64,000 nt of DNA from Eledone cirrhosa (lineage: Eukaryota), in the NCBI GenBank assembly GCA_964016885.1, contig OZ024742.1:137826001-137890000 (forward strand), written 5' to 3'. Positions 1 through 13,760 of the stretch are shown here, piece after piece. Each line of letters starts with the position of its first letter. The stretch's first letter is position 1. Made by a program: the position numbers and the translations under genes. The notes under the pieces are model-generated. The model did not search any database, had not been told where the DNA came from, and saw only the letters and a list, made by a program, of their open reading frames with translations.

Positions 1-236
1 TTGATTCGGTCTTCGATCCACATCAGAATGGTCTTGTCATCTATGTGCATACAAAGTTGTCATGAGGAAGTTGGTGCCTCAGTTCGTTGCATGCGTCTAT
101 AGAGATTACGCAGAATCACTTTCTTTGTCGGAGGTAAATAAGACGTGATATTTCAATATCAAAGTTTTTAGGGTGGTGTGCTGGGGTCCAGAAACTTTAT
201 AGGTGGAAGGCATATATTTCTGCGTATGTGCGTGAA

Positions 237-237
<1 letters not shown>

Positions 238-326
<89 letters not shown>
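238..326. repeat. (TG)n microsatellite
   Basis: Pure TG dinucleotide run. Confidence 0.98.
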
Positions 327-328
<2 letters not shown>

Positions 329-1007
329 GTTTGAATGTATACCGGTCCATGTAAAATCGAGTGGAAACGGAAATCAGCATATAACGTGAAAGATGAGAAA
401 ATTCGTTTGAACTTTACTTATGGGACGGATTGTGCGATAGATCACAGAATTAGAGACTAGGGACAAGTAGCGATGTAACAACTACATTAAAGTCGATATA
501 TTCATCAACCATGATCAATGAACTTTCTGACACGATCGTAAAGCAATGAACTAATTAATTTACCTATCTTCAAATTTTGTTTTATTTTCATTGTTCATTC
601 TCTAACTGCATTATGCACATCCGCATTTGAAAAAGCATTTAATGCGGAAACCGGTACCATTATTAAGTGCGGAAATACCCACTTTATAAATAAATGTTTT
701 GAATTTTTTTTTTCCTTTTTAACATTTGTTTATATATATAAACTCGTCTGTTACTTTTCTACATTCCATATATATATATATATATATAATTTGTATTTTA
801 TCTGATGAAAGCGCACCATAATTTGCCTTGGTTGCCCTTGAAATATATATAATAAAATAATTATGGTTTTATAAATATAGCTTCCATTTATTAATATATT
901 GAATATTTACTCCACTAAACTGTTGAGTGCTTCATATAAGTTATAACATTTTTAAGCTTGTTGAAATTTTTAAGCTTGATGAATCCAAACAAATTAAATA
1001 TAACCTC

Positions 1008-1412
<405 letters not shown>

Positions 1413-2048
1413 TGCATTCCTCTATATGTGAGCGTAGGCATTTTGTTTTTGCTACTATTGACCGATCCACATAAAAATATTTAATCACTATACATTTGAT
1501 ATACGTATATAAAACAGATATTTTAACTGGTTTTTGACATATAATATGAACTTATCATAAGACGTAGATAAGCTAGTCATGACCCTAATGAGTGACCTAT
1601 ATTTTGTAATATGTTTAAACTATTGTGTTATTCTGTTAATCTACAATGCATAGTTTCTGTTCCTTTCGTATATCTCTCCACCACAATGTACACTGAAAGA
1701 AAAGAATCTCATGATAAATCCTTTTTATTTTATTTTTAAGTCGTATCTTTTTTCCAAACCTAGCACGTGTGTTTCCAAAAAGGCAATCATCTGATGTTTG
1801 ACTATCGTGGTATGTTCACAGTGAAATATTGTTTTCAATATATCTTGAGGTTTCCTTTCAAGTCCACAGAGATTTATGACGGTTAAAGAAAGACGGAATG
1901 GATGATACGAGTGTGCTTTGATGAAATACATTACAATAATATATGGAAAGATAAGAAAAATAAATATAGTGAACCGAGATAAAGAATGGGAAATGGGAAT
2001 ACACAATGACAGATTGGAGGAGATTATTATTAAGAGAGAAAGAGCAAG

Positions 2049-2052
2049 AGAG

Positions 2053-2126
<74 letters not shown>
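2049..2126. repeat. (GA)n microsatellite
   Basis: GA dinucleotide run. Confidence 0.97.
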
Positions 2127-2129
<3 letters not shown>

Positions 2130-2439
2130 GGGCGAGGTGGGAAGGAAAAGGGACAAGAAAAAAAGCAAGAAAATAGAGAGAAATATGGAAAAAAGAAAAG
2201 TACTGATAGGTGGACAAATGTCGGTAGATTCAAACTTAGTGTTGGTGGATACAAGGAAAATATACACAGAACAAGGTTTTACCATGGTTCCTTAAAATCC
2301 CTCGTAATCTATCGAGTCTTTGCTAACACATTTGTAGAATGAAAATAAAAAGAATACAATCACTGGAAAATTGTTTTTAACCCTTGATCATCCAATTTCC
2401 CTTGCCGCACTGAATCAGACCAACATTATTGTATATATG

Positions 2440-2648
2440 CTCTACCGATACTGCCAATCCGGTGGATTGGCAGTATCGGTAGAGGGTCGGACGCCATGCT
2501 TTGTAGCACAGTTACGTCCGTTTACGGACTGAGTTCAAATCCCGCCGAGGTTAACTTTGCCTTTCATCCTTACGGGGTCGATAAAATAAAGTTCCAGTAA
2601 TACACTGGATAATTGCTGGCCTTGTGCCAACAAGTAGAAACAATTATT
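2440..2648 (+). mobile_element. tRNA-derived SINE (family A, Meta-domain-like core) with inverted 5' head duplication
   Basis: A-box-like tggcagtatcgg, B-box gagttcaaatcc, core ttgcctttcatccttacggggtcgataaaataaag; 17-bp TSD attattgtatatatgct at 2425-2441 and 2643-2659; many other copies in the window. Confidence 0.9.
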
Positions 2649-3130
2649 GTATATATGCTTTGATGGAATGACGATATTAAATTATTTCAGAAACAATGCA
2701 GCGCTAATTCTCAAGAAGTTATATTTAGATTATTACGGACGTGTTGTTGTGGTGGTGTTATATGGAATTAATGACCAGGGTTTTGAATATATATATATGT
2801 ATATATCTACATATATAAAATTGCTTATTTGTTGGTTTGTTTGTTACCAATGCACTAAAAAGCCAGTAAACCAATAAAAGTTCATCCTCGGCATGAAACT
2901 TCCATAGACTAAGTTATAGTTGATCCTCAATCTTGGACCTGTGTTGTTTCAAGGGATAGGAGACAATCGTCATTCAACTAAAATTTCACTCGACCGTTAA
3001 ATGGAAGTTAATGAAGTATGTTTGTATCACGTGATGTTGCTATTGTATTAGCGGGTGTGTTAACCTTTTTCTCTCTCGTTAATTGACTTAATCGGAAGTG
3101 ACAGGGGATATATTCTACATGGTCAATGCA

Positions 3131-3280
<150 letters not shown>

Positions 3281-3579
3281 GTAGATAAATCTACCAAGAG
3301 TTTACGGTAGTGTCCAATCCGTATGAAGAACTCAATGTATTCCGGATATCATGGAAAGAAGAGATGTAATGAAAAACCACTTTCGGTGAAAGATAAACGG
3401 TATACAGAGTCAAGATAAAATACATATATATACACATATATAAACACATATATACCCTAGAAACGATCGTTAAATAATGAACTTTTTTTGTTTAATATAA
3501 GGAATTGTTTATTCATTATTTGTTTAATATTTTATATATATATATATAGAAGGGGTTACACAACAGTTAGTTCACCATA

Positions 3580-3619
3580 CCGAGAACAATTGTTTCACCT
3601 TCGCGGATCTTCAGCTCGG
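3580..3619 (-). ncRNA. Minimal type-I hammerhead ribozyme (inverted copy of 4325-4364)
   Basis: Reverse complement of the motif at 4325-4364. Confidence 0.75.
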
Positions 3620-3644
3620 GATGTGTATGGTTATAGGAACATAA

Positions 3645-4135
3645 AGGCCCAGATCACCAGCAGCCCTAGGAGCAACACCCCACCAGGGTGCTCTTGCCAT
3701 AAGCCTGAAGCTTGCCCCCTTCAACAGCAATGCAACACACCAGCTCTAATCTATGAAGCTGTGGTCACTTCCAACCGACCAAACGAACCACAGGAGGTCA
3801 AATCCTATGTGGGCATGGCGGAGGGCCGATTCAAGGAGCGTTTCCTGAACCACCAGTCTACCTTCAGATACCCGGACACACGTTCATCCACGAAACTCGC
3901 GAGCCACGTATAGTCCTTCAAGGACTCAAGTATAGGCTACTCCATTCAATGGAAAGCCATCACTAAGTCCAAGCCATACGCAAGGGGAAATCCGACGTGT
4001 GGCTTATGTATTGACGAACGAATAACTATCCTAAAGAGATTACGCAATAGTGATTGCCTAAACACGAGAGGTGAATTTTTCACACGTTGTCCACACGTCA
4101 CCAAACATCTATTGCATAACTACAAGGCCCCGGAC
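3645..4135 (+). pseudogene. PLE C-terminal GIY-YIG endonuclease (Hydra-clade-like), with in-frame TAG
   Basis: CSC..CPL...C, IYEAVV...YVGMAEGRFKERFLNHQSTF, TKLASHV*(W)SFK..IQWK, CGLC, CLNTRGEFFTRCPH. Confidence 0.85.
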
Positions 4136-4324
4136 TTATTCTTTGCAATTTTATTTTTAATTTTTAATTTTATTTTTCAACCTAAAAACTTTCCGGACTT
4201 TCGCAGTTATCTCCCTTACACCTCCCACACGCAGTCTAGTATTGCCTGTCTGAAGTGAGTGACCGAGTTTCTGCGCATGCGCGTTCGTACGGTTGTCCTT
4301 CCTGTTCCTATAACCATACACATC

Positions 4325-4364
4325 CCGAGCTGAAGATCCGCGAAGGTGAAACAATTGTTCTCGG
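4325..4364 (+). ncRNA. Minimal type-I hammerhead ribozyme
   Basis: ccgag-CTGAAGA-t.cc.gcgaa.gg.t-GAAA-caattg(palindromic stem III)-TT-ctcgg; stem I extends (ccatac/gtatgg). Confidence 0.75.
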
Positions 4365-4482
4365 TATGGTGAACTAACTGTTGTGTAACCACTTCTACCT
4401 AACTCGTCCCTTCGACTGAGTGCTCTACCACTACGGATATTACCTTCCAGTGTTCCACCACTATATATATATATATAATAGA

Positions 4483-5300
4483 CTAGCAGAAGTACCCAGC
4501 GTTACCCGGGTTGAAGAAATTCATGAAATCTAATTCAACACTTGATATATTTTCTTCATAGTTATTGTCATTGGTGATTCTAATATTATTGGAATAGAAA
4601 ATTGTGTGGTCAACAACAATAATAAATTTGAAATAGAAAGCCGATAAAACTATAATGAAAATTCTGTACATTTTTAAAACACACCCTCGATTTTAGATGG
4701 GAATGATTATTTTTCCTCGGTTTGATTGTGAATTGATCTCCCTGGAAAACGGAAGGAGAAGAGAAGGTGGACACTCGGACTTTTACTCTCCAATGCAGTT
4801 TTCTTTAGAAAAGAAAATTCTTTCATGGTAATCCCTAATCCCAACCTAAACATAAACTTAACTGAAATCTTCCGTTTTACGAACTGGAGACGGATATTTT
4901 TTGGAAAGGGGGCAGCTAATGTAAAATTTCAACAGCTACGTGGTAGATCGACATGCGAGAAATAGCAGTAAAATATTTCCCTTTTCTGAAAAAAAGAATT
5001 GTTTTTGCGTGATTTGTAAGTCAAATCCGTGTTCACGTAATTTGGAAGTCAGATTCATTGCCCTTATGAGACTTGCTTCCAAATTAAGGTTCATTCTATG
5101 CGAGACACAGCACAAGAGAAATACAAACCCTCCATCTCAATATTACTTTTGAAAATCTTAAGAACTGTGAAACAGGTAAAGTAGAAAAATAAATATTCTT
5201 AAAAGACTACAGTTGCATTTTCAATTTCTTTTCCTTATAATTTCTCCCGTGTGGGACATCTTTTTGAAGAACCTCATTTCCTTATATATATATATATATA
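4483..5300 (-). mobile_element. Non-autonomous Helitron-like element
   Basis: Minus-strand 3' end: GC-rich hairpin cccggg..ctggg then CTAG followed by T; other end runs into (TA)n, so the 5' boundary is approximate. Confidence 0.55.
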
Positions 5301-5312
5301 TATGAAAATAAA

Positions 5313-5590
5313 TGTTAGCGTTCATATTTGTAATTCCTTTCTGTTTTTTCGAAAATACTACTAGAGGAACAAGACTCGTACAGGCGCGCCCCTTATCTCC
5401 CTTTGTTGTGGTACTCTTCTTTGCTAGATGTCAAAGGGCTTTCGTCCATTTTCAAATGGCTACTAATGGACACAGACACACCGAGAACTTCTGTTGTCAT
5501 TGCTTAAGAAATAAAGTATTGAGAAAAGCAAAGCGCGTTCGAGACTCATTTATGACAAAATAAGTTCACTCGACTTCCTGCAAAACAACA
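5313..5590 (+). mobile_element. Putative 5' LTR of Ty3/gypsy element
   Basis: TG...aacaaCA ends, internal aataaa, followed by PBS-like tgagtgacc and a gag-like frame. Confidence 0.55.
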
Positions 5591-7140
5591 TGAGTGACCA
5601 ACCCTACCCTGCGCCTAACTGCGGCACGACATGGTCCGCCAACATTCGGACGGAGTTGCTGATTCGCTTCATCGACCTTCACAGCTCTACCGCTTACAGC
5701 ACGAATGCACCACCACCCACTACAGGAGCAGCTGCATCGAGACAGCACTATGCCTCGTCATCTCCGCGGCAGGAACGAGCGAAGAGTGGGCTACTTTGAG
5801 CAGAGATGGTCGGACTACAAAGGTGCCCCGCGCCTTACAGGTAGGGATGATGTTTTCCAGCTACTCGAGTACTGCGACGAAGACTTTGGAAATCCTACAC
5901 GGACATTCGGTGCCTTAGCTTCCAGCGATGAGCAAACGGCCCTTCGCAACATTAATTCCCTGGCCGTACGCCAAGAAAACGTCATGGCTGCTCGCGTGCA
6001 GCCGCAACAGATGCCCCAAGACCGGGACGAATCGATTAGTTCCTTTGCTACCAGTCTCCAGGGGCAGGCCGGTGTCTGCTATTTCAAAGTGGAATGCCCA
6101 TCGGCCTCATGTCACATTCCGGTCGACTATAGTGACATCATGGTCATTCGAGGATTGGAGGAGGATGAGTTCCACCTAGACATCCTCGGCAACTCACGGC
6201 AGGTTATGACCCTCGAAGAGGCCTTGAGTGACGTCGAGGCGAAAGAAAGTCGAAAACGGTCAGCCAACTGTCTTCTGGGATACGACATCACCTGAACGGT
6301 AGCTGCTTCCAGCTTCTACAGACGCCAGGAGAGCAGCCGATACGTCAACAGGTCCGACAACTCTCAACCTTACCTGCCCTTTGTAGCCACTGTGGGAAGC
6401 AAGGCCACAGACGCATTGTACTGGACCGCATGAAAAAATGCCCTGCCTACAACCACAAATGAACCAAGTGTGGTATCTCAGACCACCATGAGAGTGTCTG
6501 CCGCCAACAACGGTGAAGTCCCCAACGACAGGTTCAAACCAATTCAGCGGAGGCTGATGATCACGCCACCACCATATTCAACAACCTCTGCAATGTAATT
6601 GACGCACCTGACCGTTCCTCTAGCAGTAAGCCTTGATCACCATGTGTACAACTAATTCTGCAATGCATGGATGAAGCGCTCTTCTGACCCTCACCCCATT
6701 GTCAATGTCTCCATCCAAGTTGACCCAGCCGATGTACATGCATTGGGCTTCTCTACCCCTCTCACAGGTCCAATCCCCGTCGTCTCTTACAAAACTATGG
6801 CAGACACTGGATGCCATACATGTCTGGCTGGGACAACTTTCCTGTCCAGACTGGGCCTGAACTGGCATCATCTTATACCAGTTAACACGAAGATGACTGC
6901 CGTCAACAGCATCCCCATCAACATCATCGATGCCCTCACCTTGCGAATATCCGGGACTGCACCATCCATTAAAAAAGCATCAGACCCGCCAGGTTGTCTA
7001 CTTCACCTCCACAACCGATTAGTTCTTCCTCTTCAAACAAGCCTGCATTGCTCTCCGGATAATCTAACCCCCCCCCCCCCCCCCCCCCCATCCCCACACA
7101 CACGCACACACTTTTCCACAATCGGGGAAAGTCGTGAGAA
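5591..7140 (+). pseudogene. Ty3/gypsy gag + aspartic protease remnant
   Basis: FEQRWSDYK..FQLLEYCDE..LAVRQENVMAARVQ..QDRDESI..F..LQGQAGVC; zinc knuckles CSHCGKQGH..CPA and C.KCG..DHHESVC (~6380-6500); protease MADTGC; frameshifts and stops. Confidence 0.85.
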
Positions 7141-7144
7141 TACG

Positions 7145-7700
7145 TCCGCCTCACTGGCTACAAAACCTGAAGACGGACACTTTTCTCTTCGGCCAATTCT
7201 TCATCAAGTTTTTCAAGTTTCATTTAGAAAGGAATGTGAGGGTGGAGAGAGAAATCCTACCCCCAGTACATTTGCTAAAAGGTGGGTGAATGTGGCGAGA
7301 ATAGCCCGTGTGAATGAGCCTAGTTTGAGCATGCGCCGGTAGGCTGGTTAATTTGAGGAGAGAGGTGCTCTCCCTGGGTGCCCTAGAAGCGCAGGGTTGG
7401 TCAGGATTGGTGGGGTACCTAAATCAGCTGAGCATGCGCCTGTAGGGTGGTTAATGTATGTAGGAGAATGATGCCCTTCCCGGGTGCCCTCGAAACCTCG
7501 GGTGGTTCAGTTTAGGGGTTCCTTAGTCGACCCTGGGTAGTTATCCTACTGGGGAATTTTCAATTTTGTATTTTTATTATTTTGTCATTGTTATTTATAT
7601 TTTTATATAAACCCCCACTTTCCCTATCTTTTATATTGTATTGTCCCCTATACGTCAGACCTTGTGGCCAATAAAGAGATTATTGTTATTACTATCACCA
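7145..7700 (+). mobile_element. 3' end of L1/Tx1-like LINE
   Basis: ORF2-like C-terminus (LKTDTFL..FFKFHL..VRVERE..FAKRWVNVAR), 3'UTR ending ccttgtggccaataaag + (TAT)n; the same tail recurs inverted at ~57735. Confidence 0.6.
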
Positions 7701-8629
7701 ACGTTATTATTATTATCATTATTTTTAGTATAACAACAACAATAACATTCATTAATAATAAAACTTTTATTAGTTGAGGAGCCTTAGGCAAATATATATT
7801 TGGCAGAATATGAACTTATGATCCTTGAGCCAACTTTCTATATCTGAATCAACTTAAGCCAATGCTCAACATCTGATAAAAAAGTTCTTTTGTTTAGGCA
7901 ATTAAAGCTTAGTTGCATTTCATACTTTGAAGTTAGTAATGCCATGTGTTGGCGAGGCGATGTGAGCGAGAGGGGTGTATGATTTTCTAATTGGTGATTG
8001 GGCAGAATGCCTGTGCGAAAGCTAAGATAGTATTGTTAATCAATAAGACCCTAATTGAGAAATGAGAACATTCGATAATTGTCGAATATGCGGAATCCTT
8101 ACTTTATACAATGTTGAAATGTATTCTTATTTAATTAGAACAACGGAACAGTCGCTGTATTTATGTTATGTATAAACAGAAACCTTTAATTAATTGGTAT
8201 TGAACAACCATAAGAAATGTATAGATGCTGTATCCGTTATTGCCTTTCTTGATTTAACTGTTTTCCCTGCTTTGGCTGATGGCATTTTGAATATTGTTGG
8301 CGATGCAATAATTTGGCTTGAGCGAATTCTTATGGAGAAGCTATGCCCTTGTGGCAAATAAAAGAAACATATCTTAATATTTGAGTAAATGTTCATATAG
8401 TGCTGTATCGACCATGATTAGAAGATACAGTTATATCGTCTACAAACATAGGTAACTATAACATTTCGATTGAATGAGAACTTGCATGTCCAGTTAAATA
8501 TATCCCGTGAATGTGTTTAATGTAGAAGATTTCAAATGTTGTTATGTGTTTTATGATATTAAGGGCAGATCATCGTGTAAGCTATAAATAACATTTTCTT
8601 TTTATATTTAACGTTTCCTCTCCCCAGAA

Positions 8630-8632
<3 letters not shown>

Positions 8633-8697
<65 letters not shown>
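8633..8697. repeat. (TA)n microsatellite
   Basis: TA run. Confidence 0.97.
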
Positions 8698-8701
<4 letters not shown>

Positions 8702-9669
8702 AATCTCACACATTCTGCATGGAATATGAAATGATAGATGAAAGCTACCAACGTTTATGTTCATTTAAGCTCGTAAATTCTATGTGAGACTCTATAGAAT
8801 AAAGGAATAAGGGAAAAGTGTTATGGGAAAAGACATGTAGTTGTCAGACATTTCAAGTTGATAGCTTATAGAAAAGTATTGAAATTATATTTATTTGTTA
8901 ATATTTTTTATTATTGATTCATTTTCTTGTAACACGACTACATGATTTCTGGCGAGATAACAATTATTTTATATAGAACTATAAAGGCCGTTCAAGGTCG
9001 CATACATCTGTGTCAATGTCAAGTGAACTAAGGATCTAGATATTGCAATTGCTTAGTCGACCAACTAAAATTACTAAACATATGACGAGGCAAAATAAGG
9101 AATTCTAAGCAATCTATCTCTAGATATAACAACCAAAATACTCTTAAGGAGACATTGGTTGATGCATTTTCGGTGAAATTTGCCTGATATAGTAACAGGG
9201 TTTTGGCGAATGGAATGTCATTGAAGGAAGACCACTGAAACGTACTAAGTCTCCCGACATTAAAACTATCCCCGTAAGGAAGTGATTCGGATGCGTAGGC
9301 CATGTCGTCTGCATGGATGCTTGTAGAGCTGTAAAGAAACTTCTATTTGATGAGCTTGAGAATGGTGCTCGAAATGTATTAGGACACGATCAAGGATGTT
9401 TTGAGAGAAAGGTAACATTCTTCACTGCTGGAGGCATCATATTGATGATAAACTCATATGGCGGAAGCTAGTCCATGATGTAAGCATCGATATTGAAAAC
9501 CAAAAGATGCAGGACAACAGGAAAAAAGAGCACATTGACACAATAACAGACCGGGTCGACTGGTATAATTAACGAACTATGATATTTTATTTGTTAAACT
9601 AACTGGAATGCCTGCTGAAACTCACTTTTGAACTGTTGTTTGCCCGCATCGGGACTCAGGCAAACATTT

Positions 9670-12600
9670 GTATGCGTGGATGCATGTATGTTCTTCTGGT
9701 TTTATAATTTCACAAATCTTTTCCCAATAGACACCAACACTCTCTCATTGGAATTTACACAACATAAACTAGGTAGATTATGTATGCTTGCATGCATGTG
9801 TAGATATGGATGTTATTGTATGTGTGGATGTGTATGTTTTGAGTTGCATGAGTGAACTTATATATGTTTTGTACATGTGTATATGCAGTTATTAGATGCA
9901 AAATGTTTGGAAAGTTTTACATATTTTTACTTGTAATTTCCTAACTATTTGTGTTCTTTCTGCTCCTGTGAAGCCTAGCTTCTCAATATTTGTATTGAGG
10001 CAGTTACTAACATACCCCAGTGCCCCAATCACAGGCAATAATCTGAAGGTGTAATCAGGGTGGAGTATCTGCAGATTTCTCAACAGGTCTGCATAAATAT
10101 TCTCCTTTTTGCTAACCTTTGATATTATATTGGCAACTGCTAGGCAGCTAATTTCCACTACTGTGCATGCCTTCTTTTCCCTGTCCCATATCATTATATC
10201 TGGTCTGTTGTACCTGCATTTTATTGGGGGTTTTTCTGGAACATTCCAACAGTACTCTTTCATATTATGTACATGGATGTCTTCCACATTGCTATAGCTT
10301 TTAATGTGTTTATTATCGGGGCTATCGTTTTTACGGACTGCATTTGTACAGTGTTTTGGTCACTACATCATGCCTCATAGGTAGATAGTACCGCGATGAC
10401 ATCTTTGGACATCTGCTGATGACTTGGGTGATATATTCGATGTTAGTTCTGCAGGGTCTGCACTTGTTATCACATCTAGGTGTTTTGCCTGCATCCCTAT
10501 CTCTTTCGTGAATCATGTATTTCGTGTTAATTTCCTGTTCTTGATTGCAAAAGCGTATCCTTCAAAGTGGGAGCCAATATAGCGGTTGTTGGTCCAAGAT
10601 GGACTACTTTCCTTATCTATATTACTCTCACTCTGGAGCTTCCTTGCAACATTTCCATGCATGATTTTTTGCTGATAAGCATGCAGTTTTTCATCCATGG
10701 GTTCACTGCGATACTGCTGAGCGACTTCCTTGGGTGTGAGTTTTTGTTTATCACACGGAATATTTCTCGAGGAGTTCCTTGTCAACTCTCATGATCTTAT
10801 CTGTTTCATGCAGATAGACTTGCTCGAGAGACGGGCTCTTACGCTTCGAGGTTCGTAGATGCGTCAGAAGGATATGATGCGACATTCCGATGCTGTCTGG
10901 TCTCATGTTAGGCCTCTGCCTCCCTGCTTACGTTTCAAGTAAAGGCGGTCTATGTCACTGTTGATGTGGAACTTTCCGGTGTTGTTTAGTATTGTTCGAG
11001 TTCCCACATTAACAGCTTGGATTTCGTCTATCGTCCAATTGAGTATTCCAAACGTTGGTGTTAGGACAGGCACAGCAAACACATTGTGAGCCACTGTTTT
11101 GTTTTGCGCAGAGAGTTCCGATGACCAAATCTTTCTTAATCGGGTGTATTATTCCCTGGTTACGCCTTCCTTATTACAGATACCATTATAGGATATGTTC
11201 TCATCTATCCCCAGATAACTGTAGCAGTCCTCATGAGATATCGGTGAAAGAGTTAGGCCATTGATGACAATGTTGCTAGATTGGGTTGTTGTTTTTCCCC
11301 GCTTTACATTCATATATGAGCATTTATCTAGGCCAAACTCCATTCCTATATCCTTTGAGAATGTTGTAACCAGGTCAAGATTTTTCTTCTTTCCATCCAT
11401 GTTCTTGGCATAGAGTTTCAGATCGTCCACAAAGAAATTATGGGTTAGGTTCCTATTTCTGTCCTCCTGTGAGCCAATGATGTATCCCTCACATTTCTTG
11501 AGCAGAAAAGACAAGGGGTTTAATGACAAGATGAATAATATCACAGAGAGACTGTCCCCGTGAAATATACCCATGCGATATTTTATTTTATCAGTGAAAA
11601 TAGTGTCCTCCCTTTCTGATTTAACCTTAGGATAGTAGTCCAAGAATAAGACAGCCTCTCTATGGCTCTGACAATAATGCCTGGGACTTTAAAGTTGGAG
11701 GGCGTCTATCATCCAAGAGTGGGGAACAGAATCGAAAGCTTTCCTGTAGTCCAGCCAGACTGTAGCCATATTCCTCCTAAGTTGTCGCACCTCCGACATC
11801 GCAGTTTTGTTGATTAGGAGGTGTTCAGCATATCTCCAAACCCCTTTCTTTCCAGCTGCTGCTTCATCTGTGATGATGTTATTATTTTCACAGTGATCTT
11901 GGAGGAATAGTTTTCAGGCAGGCTGTATACATCTTATACATCAGATTCTGGCATGCAATGGGTCGGTAGTTCTTTGCCAAGTGGGTGTCTTTGTTCTTGG
12001 GGACCAGTAATGTTTGTGCTAATGTCAACCATTCTGGTATAAGTGTATCTCCCTTAAGAACTTGTTGGTAGAGGCCAGTAAGATACCTCCGATAGAATAT
12101 CCGTTTTTTGTACCAGTAGCCGACAATCATGCCTCTTCCTGGTGTTTTCTCATCTTGGAGTTTTCCTATCACAGTCTCAAGGGTACCCTCACTTATTTCG
12201 TATGTTTTTGTTGTAGTATAGGAGCAATAGTTCTTTCGAATTTCTTTTAGCCACACTGCATCTTGGTTGAAATTCTTCTTTTCACCCCATATTTTGCTCC
12301 AAAAGGAATCTATGTCTTTCTGGGATGGGGCCACAGTGATACTTATTATTTTGTTCTTCATATATCTATAGACTGATGTTTGGTTTCGTCTGAATCTTTT
12401 ATTAAGCACTTTCTTTCATCTACCTTCTTCAGGTATCGGGGTTTTTCGCTAACATCTCTCAATTCTTGTTTGAGGGTGATCAGCTTATATTGAAGAGTGC
12501 TGGTTCTACTGTTAACAAACATCGTCTGTATTTTATCTTTCACTCTTTGTTGGTGAGGAGTGATGTTTTTTTGTGTTTGTTTGCATGTAAGGAGCATTGT

Positions 12601-13530
12601 CACATATCCTATGGTTTTTTGTAGGTCAGCAATCTTTTTTTCTATTTTCGTTATATATGAGGGTATTTTTGGTCGTGTTTTGTTCTTGTTAAGATCTCTG
12701 CTATCACCAAGATAATGTTTCACTGTCGTTGCTAAGGCATATAAACAGGCGTTGATTTGCCAAAATGTTGGGGTTTTTATCCGTCTTAAATATCCATCCT
12801 CTATTTCGTCAATAACACGTAATATTTCAGTATTTGGTTTTGTATTAAATATTGTCGTTTTAATACGTTCAGCAAGAGAGATATTTATACATGAATAAAT
12901 TTCTCTATGGAAGATTTCGTTGAGGGAAATTTTTAATCGTTTATACTTTTGATTATTATCATTATCGATAGTATTTTCCACAACAGCCGAGGTAGACTTA
13001 GATGGTACATGTGGTGTCAAATTTCTTATAGGCATAGTTATTTCAAGGCACTGTTCGACCTGGCTTCTAGGAAGTCTAGTAGCATGGCGACCTGTAGCAC
13101 GTGTTGTTGATCCCATGTTTGTTGTGGGGGACTTACAATTAATAATTTTCATCTTATTTGTACGCTCAACAGATGTCGCTTGTTGGAGTAATTGTTTCAC
13201 TGTGAAATAATTTAGCTCTGGGTGTACTTCATCCCAGTGTAGCTTCATTCTGTTCATATAGCCAATGGTGGGATTGTTTTTTGCCATTTTATAACAATTA
13301 AATAAATCATTATTAAGTTCGCAACTCTAGGAGAAATGCGATTTATAATTTCGGTTTCTTCTGTAGCTACAACTGAATAAAGTTTCCTTACTTTTCTTGT
13401 TGTTTGTCGTCGATACTTCCTTAATTTTGTTGTTGATGTTGTGTTCAGCCATGATGTTTGTAGAAAATCTTTGTAAAATGAATTATGTATTTAGTCGGAT
13501 ATCTCTACCAATTCGAATAAAAGGTGTCTT
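9670..13530 (-). mobile_element. Near full-length, disrupted R4/Dong-clade RLE non-LTR retrotransposon
   Basis: Probable ATG at 13452; RT motifs NYRPIAC, WLDYRKAFDSVPH, GIFHGDSLS, FVDDLKLY; zinc knuckle CRPC...VISRC, RHD, RPDIMIWD..VVEISC, K.ENIY.DL (PD-D/ExK endonuclease); many frameshifts. Confidence 0.92.
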
Positions 13531-13665
13531 CAGAAGATATAGTTAGAAGAATAACCAATTATTCAACATGACCGTAGTTGTGGCATTACTGTCGGAGATA
13601 GTATTCATCTTAAATTTAATAAATAGTCTCCCACGCCCAAATATTCGACTGATCGCGTTGACTGT

Positions 13666-13743
13666 GTATGTATGTATGTATGTATGTATGTATGTATGTA
13701 TGTATGTATGTATGTATGTATGTATGTATGTATGTATGTATGT
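13666..13743. repeat. (TATG)n microsatellite
   Basis: Tetranucleotide run. Confidence 0.97.
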
Positions 13744-13760
13744 CACGCTTGAGTGCTATT

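Larger units (their letters stand above)
3548..4461 (+). mobile_element. 5'-truncated Penelope-like element with inverted pseudo-LTR
   Basis: 94-bp inverted repeat 3548-3641 / 4303-4396 around a GIY-YIG coding remnant; HHR in the repeat; (TA)n on both flanks. Confidence 0.88.

Noticed and set aside
1-139. Possible exon ending GAG|gtaaat (MRKLVPQFVACVYRDYAESLSLSE)
   Set aside because: Truncated by the window edge, no recognisable homology and no downstream partner exon identified
2461-2560. tRNA-like A/B boxes at many loci
   Set aside because: They are SINE heads with shared core, tail and TSDs; no cloverleaf
3300-3475. GAAACGATCGTT half-core with upstream atgaaga
   Set aside because: Cannot assemble stems I and II
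3645-4135. Selenocysteine recoding, as reported for some PLEs
   Set aside because: The in-frame stop is TAG at a Trp position, not TGA at Cys; no SECIS-like fold found
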